Shown piece after piece: positions 7,231-13,488 of a DNA stretch of 13,488 bases. The DNA is taken from contig CAWKAR010000017.1 of NCBI GenBank assembly GCA_963847625.1, positions 1 through 13,488 of the forward strand, in the 5' to 3' direction. The DNA comes from a candidate division FCPU426 bacterium (GTDB taxonomy: Bacteria; Oederibacteriota; Muellerivitia; Muellerivitales; Muellerivitaceae). Each line of letters begins with the position of its first letter. Position 1 is the first letter of the stretch. A program made the position numbers and the translations under genes. The notes under the pieces are model-generated. The model was not told the origin of the DNA. It searched no databases and saw only the letters and a program-made list of their open reading frames with translations.

Positions 7231-7923
7231 CTATTTTACATTTTTTTGATAGTAGGAAAGTAGCTTTTCACATCCCTGAATAACGTCATCAACATTTTGA
7301 TAATTGAAGGGACCGATTTTTTCAACCGCTTGTTCTAAAGTCAAATTCAATAATTTTCCTTGGGGAGGGAGCACGAAATCCTTATTTACTTTCAATTTGT
7401 AATAGTATTGCAGTGCGAGTGGCTTGCCATCTTTTAAATAAAATAAGTATTCAATTTGAGCCCCAGTTTCCAAATCTCTCCATTCGGAACTTACAAGAAC
7501 GCCATTGGAATCGTAACCGTCATACTTTACAAGATCCATAGCCTCGCCATTATTGCCTTTTCCTTTGACAAGCATTCTTTGGACCTTCTTTACGGAAATA
7601 CTCGCCGAGAGAGAGTTGAAAAAATTCATGCTTTTAATCAGTTCTAAAGTGGACCGAGGCGCAACTGAAACAAAAGTATCCGATTTTAAATGGTTGTTTT
7701 TTAGATCATAGACCTCTTGCATAATATTGATGATTAAAGGCTTGTCATCTGCCCAGCTAACGTAAAAATAATAGGTACCGTATTTGTTGATCGTGGATTT
7801 TTCTTTCTTAATCAGGTCAGGCAATCTCGGAACATTTTTATTGTCCCCCATTTGATCCGCTAAAGCAGAGCCTAACAAAAGAAAAACAAATATCGGGCGG
7901 AAAAAACCTTTAATAAGCTTCAT
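7231..7923 (-). CDS. Exported hypothetical protein, possibly LolA-like/RseB-type beta fold
   Basis: AAGGAG RBS and a Sec signal peptide (MKLIKGFFRPIFVFLLLGSALA). The segment SEWRDLETGAQIEYLFYLKDGKPLALQYYYKLKVN resembles the WxDxxTGxP..Y..xG..+N pattern at the end of LolA-like domains. The fold call is inference. Confidence 0.75.
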   Translation of the reverse strand: MKLIKGFFRPIFVFLLLGSALADQMGDNKNVPRLPDLIKKEKSTINKYGTYYFYVSWADDKPLIINIMQEVYDLKNNHLKSDTFVSVAPRSTLELIKSMNFFNSLSASISVKKVQRMLVKGKGNNGEAMDLVKYDGYDSNGVLVSSEWRDLETGAQIEYLFYLKDGKPLALQYYYKLKVNKDFVLPPQGKLLNLTLEQAVEKIGPFNYQNVDDVIQGCEKLLSYYQKNVK

Positions 7924-7951
7924 TTTTGCTCCTTTCTGAAAATACTTTTAT

Positions 7952-8755
7952 TTATGGACAGTTATTATCGGTCAAGCAAATGTTATGTTCTACTACTGAG
8001 GCGATAAGTTTTGCAGATAATATAGCGAATGCTATTCCCTCATCGGCTGCGTTACAAGCCTCTAATAACTCCGGTCCCCCATATTGTGGTGGAACGCCCC
8101 CAAAAATAGCTAAACAAGTTTGGGAGCCTTGCAAAAGCTCGTCCTGAAAATCATTCCTGGCTTTATTATTTCGATCAGCAAAATCCTGATCACATTGTGC
8201 ACAAGCAACAAGATTCGGTGTTGGTACCGGGGTTTCAGTTGGAACCGGTGGTGGGGTCGGCTCAGGAGTATTCGTCGGCATCGGAGTTGTTGTTGGTGGA
8301 ACTGTAGGTGTATTCGTGAATGGAACGGTTGGGGTATCAGTCGGTGGAGTCAGCGTTATGGATGGCGTTGTAGTCACCGTGCCTAAAGGCGTCGGTGAAA
8401 TAGTGGGCGTAAAAATTGGTGTCGGCGAAGAAATGGGTGTAGGGATAGGTGTATCTGTTACTACCGGTGTTGTGCAACCAATAGCCGTTATTGGGCAATT
8501 TGATGAATATTGACAGCCGCATGGTATTTCATAAACAGTATTGCAAGCAGTAACTGGATAACTTCCGACGCACGGTTGGTCAACAGCCGGTTTGAAATCA
8601 GCTTTAATATTTTCATTTAAAGCGGAAGGTGCCACAGGCTCCTTGTTGGCACAACCTGCACCGCCTCCCAAAATGACTGCTCCAACTAAGATCAAAACCC
8701 CCCCAAAAATAAAAATCCCGCAGAAGAGAACAACGAGATTTACTGTTTTTTTCAT
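7952..8755 (-). CDS. Putative membrane-anchored protein or lipoprotein: 6-Cys domain, Pro/Thr-rich linker, 6-Cys helical domain
   Basis: AAAGG RBS; hydrophobic N-terminus ending GAGC (Cys35). Six Cys lie in aa 62-94, a P/T-rich tract spans aa 95-180 (nt 8473-8216), and six Cys lie in aa 185-266. Confidence 0.8.
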   Translation of the reverse strand: MKKTVNLVVLFCGIFIFGGVLILVGAVILGGGAGCANKEPVAPSALNENIKADFKPAVDQPCVGSYPVTACNTVYEIPCGCQYSSNCPITAIGCTTPVVTDTPIPTPISSPTPIFTPTISPTPLGTVTTTPSITLTPPTDTPTVPFTNTPTVPPTTTPMPTNTPEPTPPPVPTETPVPTPNLVACAQCDQDFADRNNKARNDFQDELLQGSQTCLAIFGGVPPQYGGPELLEACNAADEGIAFAILSAKLIASVVEHNICLTDNNCP

Positions 8756-8946
8756 AGGTGTATACCTTTATTCCTTGACTAAAATCATTTTACGGACTAT
8801 TCCAATTTATAATAATTTGCTCGACAATTCAAACAAAATTTTAATCAGAATATAGCCTTTAAAAAACACAAAATTAAAGGGTATTGCAAAGCGCCAAAAG
8901 ATGCGAACTGCATATGGTCGCAAAAAGAGAAAGTGTGAAACAAAAT

Positions 8947-9651
8947 ATGGCTCAAAAAAAGCTACCAACATTATCTATTATTATCCCCGCTTTTAATGAG
9001 GATAAGACAATCCTATCGCTTCTCAAAAAAGTCAAATCAGTGAAACTCCCAGGAATACGGAAAGAAATCATTATCGTCAATGACGGCTCCACAGATAAAA
9101 CCATTAGGCTATTGGGTAAGATAAAAATGCCCCATTGCAAAATCTTCCATCATACTAAGAACAAGGGGAAAGGCGCCGCTATACGAACAGCTGTTGCTCA
9201 TGCAATTGGAGATTTTTTCATAATACAAGACGCGGATTTGGAATATGACCCAGCGGATTACCTTAAGCTTTTGGAGCCCCTTTTAAAAAGTGAGGCTGAT
9301 GTTGTTTATGGGTCACGGTTCTTAGGTGTAAATCAGGCTTTCACCATGTGGAACTACTTGGGGAACAAGTCCTTAACTTTTTTTGCAAATCACTTGTATA
9401 ACACTGTCCTGACGGATATGGAAACAGGTTATAAAGTCTTCCGGGCGTCGGTCTTTCGAAGTTTAAACCTACGATCCAACCGTTTTAATTTTGACCCAGA
9501 GGTCACTGCGAAGGTTCTAAAAAAGAAATTCAAGCTTTTCGAAGTGCCCATTTCGTATCATGGCAGGGATTATGAAAACGGGAAGAAAATAAACTGGTGG
9601 GATGGTTGTATGGCCCTCTTTTGTCTGATTCGCTACAGATTTATAGACTGA
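8947..9651 (+). CDS. GT2 family glycosyltransferase, DPM1/GtrB/ArnC-like polyprenol-phosphate glycosyltransferase
   Basis: LSIIIPAFNE, IIIVNDGSTDKT, NKGKGAAIRTA, QDADLEYDP, DVVYGSRF, TDMETGYK and EVPISYHGR...GKKINWWDG motifs. ATG 8947 is chosen; 8914 and 8884 are alternative starts. Confidence 0.92.
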   Translation: MAQKKLPTLSIIIPAFNEDKTILSLLKKVKSVKLPGIRKEIIIVNDGSTDKTIRLLGKIKMPHCKIFHHTKNKGKGAAIRTAVAHAIGDFFIIQDADLEYDPADYLKLLEPLLKSEADVVYGSRFLGVNQAFTMWNYLGNKSLTFFANHLYNTVLTDMETGYKVFRASVFRSLNLRSNRFNFDPEVTAKVLKKKFKLFEVPISYHGRDYENGKKINWWDGCMALFCLIRYRFID

Positions 9652-11093
9652 TGCAAGCACTGAAAAAAGGGTTTTGGGTGCGCTTGTTGGAAACAAAAAG
9701 GCCCGCTTGGCTTCTAGCGGCTCTTTTGGTCAACGGCACGCTAATCCTATACACCACCCTGCATACATTTCAAACTTTTCCAATATCTCCTGATGAATAT
9801 GTTTATCAGATTTCGGCGGAACTTTTCTCGACCGGCAAACTTTCCGTTCCCTCACCTGAACCGCGCAGTTTTTTTGATACCCTCAATGTTGTCAATAATG
9901 GCGCTTACTACGGGAAATATCCTCCCGGATGGCCCTTATTGCTTGCGATAGGTATCTACTCTGGATTGCCCTGGCTTGTAAACCCGATCTTCGCCATTCT
10001 CACCCTGATAATTTTGTTCGCCATTTCCCGGACCCTGTTTCCCCCCATCGTAGCAAACCTCACAATGATTCTGACTCTTGCTTGTCCTTTTCTCATTTTC
10101 AACTCGGCTTGCTTGCTGTCGCATGCCAGCTGCCTTCTACTATTGACCCTTGCAGCTTTTTTTCTATTGAAACCAGAGAAAAATCTTAGTTCGTTCTTGG
10201 GAATAGGTATGACTGCCGGATTCGCATTCCTCATTCGCCCCTTAACGTCGCTATTAGTACTTGCGCCATTAATTCTTTATTTCGTCATATACGCTATACG
10301 CCAGCGGAAATATTCCCTACTACGCGGTTTTCTATTCGGAACCGGTTCGGTTTTTTCCATCTTTCTCTTTCTATTCCTGCTTTATAACTATGCCCTGACA
10401 GGACATTTTCTGCTCCAGCCTTTCGAAGTTTATTACCCGTTAGACCGATTGGGATTTTTCCATAACACATGGAAGGAATATTCGGATCGGCTTAACCTGA
10501 ACATCATTGATAGGGGCTTACTTTGGCTTCAATGGACAAGCGGGATGCCGCTGATGATAATCTTATTTTTAACACTTCGAAGAACCCATGACAGGGTCTA
10601 TGGCCTAGGGGCTCTATTGGCAGTCCCCGCTTTGTGTCTTTATATTGGTTATTATTTTTATGTCGGAAGCGGCATTTTCCAATACGGCCCACGATATCTC
10701 TATGAATCCTATGCATTGATGCTGATCCCGGCAGCATTAGGCGTACTCGTTCTTGGGCGGTGGGCTCCGCTGGTATTGGCGGTATTTCTAACCTTGAACG
10801 GGCTAAAATTCCATCATGAAACTGTCGTTTATCGTAGAGTTTCGGAACAGGGTGTTCAATTTTTTGAAAAATTGCATCATCTTTCTAATGCAATTGTATT
10901 CATCCGGACAACTGATAACAAAGACTCCGCATATTTCATACGAAATGATATTCATTTCGACGGGCCAGAATTATTACTTTTGGACTATGGAGATGGAAAA
11001 AACCAGGAGGCCATCCATTTTTACCAAGGGCGTTCATTTTATCGATGTATCTATGACTCACAAAATGGTCAATACCAGATAAAACCTTATTAG
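9651..11093 (+). CDS. GT-C fold ArnT/PMT-like (GT83/GT39-like) integral membrane glycosyltransferase
   Basis: ATG at 9651 overlaps the GT2 stop (TGATG); 480 aa with many TM helices. Has the DE motif after TM1 (ISPDEYVY), KYPPGWPLLL, FLIRP and GPRYLYE. Confidence 0.85.
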   Translation: MQALKKGFWVRLLETKRPAWLLAALLVNGTLILYTTLHTFQTFPISPDEYVYQISAELFSTGKLSVPSPEPRSFFDTLNVVNNGAYYGKYPPGWPLLLAIGIYSGLPWLVNPIFAILTLIILFAISRTLFPPIVANLTMILTLACPFLIFNSACLLSHASCLLLLTLAAFFLLKPEKNLSSFLGIGMTAGFAFLIRPLTSLLVLAPLILYFVIYAIRQRKYSLLRGFLFGTGSVFSIFLFLFLLYNYALTGHFLLQPFEVYYPLDRLGFFHNTWKEYSDRLNLNIIDRGLLWLQWTSGMPLMIILFLTLRRTHDRVYGLGALLAVPALCLYIGYYFYVGSGIFQYGPRYLYESYALMLIPAALGVLVLGRWAPLVLAVFLTLNGLKFHHETVVYRRVSEQGVQFFEKLHHLSNAIVFIRTTDNKDSAYFIRNDIHFDGPELLLLDYGDGKNQEAIHFYQGRSFYRCIYDSQNGQYQIKPY

Positions 11094-11116
11094 GAAAAAT
11101 CCCATGGAAAAATACA

Positions 11117-11150
11117 GTAGATGCTCACGGACAAGTCCGTGAAACTCTAA
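11117..11150 (+). repeat. REP-like GTAG-hairpin motif (copy 2)
   Basis: GTAGATGC-TCACGGAC-AA-GTCCGTGA-AACTCTAA, with a perfect 8-bp inverted repeat at 11125-11142, starting 24 nt after the GT-C stop. Confidence 0.55.
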
Positions 11151-11352
11151 CCGGCGATAAATAGAACAAAGTTTCACATCAGAAAAGTTTTAAACCTGAT
11201 ATAAAAGTTTTCATAGTTCCCTACCTAAAATCGATTAAAAACCCAATTTTTTCAGTTCGTGATTTTTAAACTCTGATATCATTATTAATATTATTTTATA
11301 CCACGTAACTTTTGACGTCAGCAACCGTCCAAAGAAAGGAAGGAAGAAAATC

Positions 11353-11553
11353 ATGAACACAAAGAGAAAACGCGGCCCTCAACCCAAAGGTGGAATCCGG
11401 GTCATCATTCGGCTCTTCCCGGATTTAGTTGAGGCTCTTGAGGTGGAGCAAAAGCGGTCAGGCCGAACTAGGACCGATTTGATCCAACGGGCCATTGAGG
11501 CCCAATACATGCGGAAGCGTCGTGATTCAGATTGGAGACCGCCTAAACCATAA
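11353..11553 (+). CDS. Ribbon-helix-helix (CopG/Arc/MobC-like) DNA-binding protein
   Basis: Strong AAGGAAGG RBS. IRVIIRL (strand), PDLVEALEVEQKRSG (helix A) and RTRTDLIQRAIEAQY (helix B); lies directly upstream of the coupling protein. Confidence 0.82.
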   Translation: MNTKRKRGPQPKGGIRVIIRLFPDLVEALEVEQKRSGRTRTDLIQRAIEAQYMRKRRDSDWRPPKP

Positions 11554-11595
11554 CCCGGCGGGAAACCGCCGGGGGTTGTGAGTAGGGCGGTTTCC
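11554..11595 (+). other. GC-rich hairpin with a competing alternative pairing
   Basis: CCCGGCGG-GAAA-CCGCCGGG (11554-11573). GGAAACCGCC (11561-11570) is also perfectly complementary to GGCGGTTTCC (11586-11595). Confidence 0.55.
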
Positions 11596-11612
11596 GGGAA
11601 GCCAGGTGTGGG

Positions 11613-13388
11613 ATGGACGAGTCAAAGAACATTTTCAATCAAGTCATCATGTTGGTAGTTTCTCTCCCCTTTATTTTTATAGCAATTAATCTAATATGGC
11701 CTTTCATCGGATTCGGGAACCTGGACGGCACCTTCCCGGACCCCGATTTTTATAACCACCACTTTCTAGGCCTATGGGTTTTGATCTTTATCATCCCATA
11801 TGGCCTTCTTCTTTGGTTTCGTGACGATAAAGATATCTTCATCGTCACCAAGCTTCTGGCCTCCGCTTCCATGGCCGTTTCCCTGCTGGACCCTTTCACC
11901 GAACATTACAACCGGCTTTACTTCGTCTTGGCGGCAATATTAACCGCCGGGGCCATGGCAGGTTTTTTCTGGAAACCCGTCAAGAAAAGACACGTGGATT
12001 ACGGCAAATATCCCTTGCTCATCGCCCCCAAGAGAGGGAGGGGCTTCCCAACCTCTTCCCTCCACGAAAACGTGCAAATAATTGGCGGTACAGGCACCGG
12101 AAAGACCCATTACGTCATCATGCCCTTCATCGAACAGACCATTAAGCAGGGTTTGGGGTGTTTCATCAGCGACGTAAAAGGCAACATGCTTCATGATGTT
12201 GCCTTTTACGTCAGCCAAGCAGGCCGCACTCTTCGCCATTTCAGCTTGATCGATCTCATCCTCTCCGGTGGCTACAACCCCCTCTATGGGAACGACGCGG
12301 ACGCCATCGCCAACCGGGCTTACACGGCCCTCTACCACGACGCCACAAGCGGCGAACCCTATTACTCGTTAGTGGCCGAAGCCTTTTTAAGAAACAGCAT
12401 CGGCCTTTTGAAGGAAGAGATCGAAACCCTGATATTCGAGGATGTGCTTTTTGCCACCCAGGAAGCCGATACTTTCAAGACCATCGGTTCCTTCTGCTCG
12501 AAATATCCCAATACCCCCTACGCTTGCTATTTCCGGGACCAGTGGATGGGCAAGTCCCCCAAGGAACGCCGGATGGAACTAGCGGGACTCGTCAACAAGC
12601 TCCAACGGTTCTGTAACAGCGAATGGGCCTATCTCTTGAACACCCGCAAGCCGAATATCCGCATGGCGGATGTCGTGGCGAATGGCGAAGTCTTCCTCTT
12701 CTCCCCGAATTTCGCCCGTTACCCGCAGGACGCCAAGGCCCTCTCCATCCTCGCCATGATGGACCTCTCCGAACAAGTGGCGGACAGGTATCGGGTGACG
12801 CCGGAGAAACCCTTCCGGGTCTTCCTGGACGAGTTCTACAACCTGGCCTACCCCCGGTTTATCGACTTCATAAACAAATGCCGGGAAGCCCAGGTGAACC
12901 TCTTCTTGGCCCACCAGTCCTTGGGAGACTTAAGAGGCGTTTCCCCGGAGTTCCAGGAACAGGTCATGAACACGGCCAGCAACAAGATTATCTTGAGGGT
13001 GAACGACCCGGACACGGCGGAATCATTCGCCCGTCAGTTTGGGACCGAACTGGACCGGGAAGCCAGGGTGACTTCCTATTTGGCGAACCACACGATGTCC
13101 GGTTACAGCGTTCCCATCACGGAAAAATTCAGGTTCCACCCCAACCGGATCAAGGAACTCAGGACCGGCCAAGCCATTGTCAAGGTCGTGGCGAATGGCG
13201 CAGTCTTTGTCTTCCAGAGCGATTTGTGTAGTGCAACTACAGCCCCGCAAGGCTTCAACCCTGAAATTGTTCTTGGCCCCAGGCAGTACCGGGAAAGGAA
13301 GAATGAAAGTTCCCCGCTTATTATCCCCAATGAAGCCGTAAAGGAACCGGTAAAGATTGGAAGCCGGATGGGAGACGACAATGCCTGA
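11613..13388 (+). CDS. Type IV coupling protein, VirD4/TraD/TraG-like ATPase
   Basis: About four N-terminal TM segments, Walker A IIGGTGTGKT, DVKG, YNPL, Walker B FRVFLDEF, LAHQSLGDL, NKIILRVNDPDTAE and IKELRTGQAIV. Confidence 0.9.
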   Translation: MDESKNIFNQVIMLVVSLPFIFIAINLIWPFIGFGNLDGTFPDPDFYNHHFLGLWVLIFIIPYGLLLWFRDDKDIFIVTKLLASASMAVSLLDPFTEHYNRLYFVLAAILTAGAMAGFFWKPVKKRHVDYGKYPLLIAPKRGRGFPTSSLHENVQIIGGTGTGKTHYVIMPFIEQTIKQGLGCFISDVKGNMLHDVAFYVSQAGRTLRHFSLIDLILSGGYNPLYGNDADAIANRAYTALYHDATSGEPYYSLVAEAFLRNSIGLLKEEIETLIFEDVLFATQEADTFKTIGSFCSKYPNTPYACYFRDQWMGKSPKERRMELAGLVNKLQRFCNSEWAYLLNTRKPNIRMADVVANGEVFLFSPNFARYPQDAKALSILAMMDLSEQVADRYRVTPEKPFRVFLDEFYNLAYPRFIDFINKCREAQVNLFLAHQSLGDLRGVSPEFQEQVMNTASNKIILRVNDPDTAESFARQFGTELDREARVTSYLANHTMSGYSVPITEKFRFHPNRIKELRTGQAIVKVVANGAVFVFQSDLCSATTAPQGFNPEIVLGPRQYRERKNESSPLIIPNEAVKEPVKIGSRMGDDNA

Positions 13389-13488
13389 AAACATCAAAAC
13401 CCTACCCAAGCCACCCTTGGAAATAGACCCCGTTGATGTGACTATCCTGGCCTATATCCATTCCAACAAGTTCATCACTACCAAGCTT
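13381..13488 (+). CDS. Start of a probable replication-relaxation (Replic_Relax) family or winged-helix protein; truncated by the window edge
   Basis: ATG at 13381 follows GGGAG and overlaps the coupling-protein 3' end. MPENIKTLPKPPLEIDPVDVTILAYIHSNKFITTKL resembles the 'L..RD..IL..+..+RF+TT.Q+' N-terminal pattern. Only 36 codons are visible. Confidence 0.55.
   Translation, partial: MPENIKTLPKPPLEIDPVDVTILAYIHSNKFITTKL

Larger units (their letters stand above)
5820..13488. mobile_element. Probable tRNA-Arg-integrated mobilizable/conjugative genomic island (one end only; integrase not in window)
   Basis: Abrupt shift to AT-rich sequence after the tRNA 3' end, att-arm-like phased repeats, a TA module, gene fragments, and an RHH + VirD4/TraD-like coupling protein + probable Replic_Relax gene. 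Confidence 0.75.

Noticed and set aside
9597..9650. GT-C start at 9597
   Set aside because: It overlaps the GT2 3' end by 55 nt; ATG 9651 in a TGATG stop/start overlap is more plausible.
11605..11612. GGTGTGG resembling the F-plasmid (MOBF) nic core
   Set aside because: Too short to be significant, lies in the ribosome-binding region of the coupling-protein gene, and no MOBF relaxase is visible.
11940..13409. Alternative and antisense ORFs within the coupling-protein gene (11940-12338, 12579-12914, 12623-13231, 13023-13409, 13103-13381)
   Set aside because: Shadows of a well-supported coding sequence, with no independent motifs.

Overview
The left part (1-5819) is GC-rich core chromosome. 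It holds a TMTC-like GT-C membrane protein gene running off the left edge with several apparent 1-nt indels, an unlisted 58-aa small protein, B12-dependent methionine synthase metH, a TMEM165/GDT1 cation transporter and tRNA-Arg(ACG). Immediately 3' of the tRNA the sequence becomes AT-rich and shows phased direct repeats resembling integrase arm and excisionase sites. This marks the end of a probable tRNA-integrated mobilizable or conjugative element that extends past the right edge; no integrase lies in the window. The element carries an AbrB-PIN toxin-antitoxin pair with a frameshifted toxin and a truncated paralog of the neighbouring gene. It also carries a divergent four-gene cassette: an exported possibly LolA-like protein and a Cys-rich, Pro/Thr-linker putative lipoprotein on one side, and a DPM1/GtrB-like GT2 plus an ArnT/PMT-like GT-C on the other. 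Two related, inverted GT(A/G)G-hairpin REP-like motifs bracket this cassette. A mobilization module follows: an RHH protein, a VirD4/TraD-like coupling protein and the start of a probable replication-relaxation protein. All calls come from motif recognition by eye; no searches were run.
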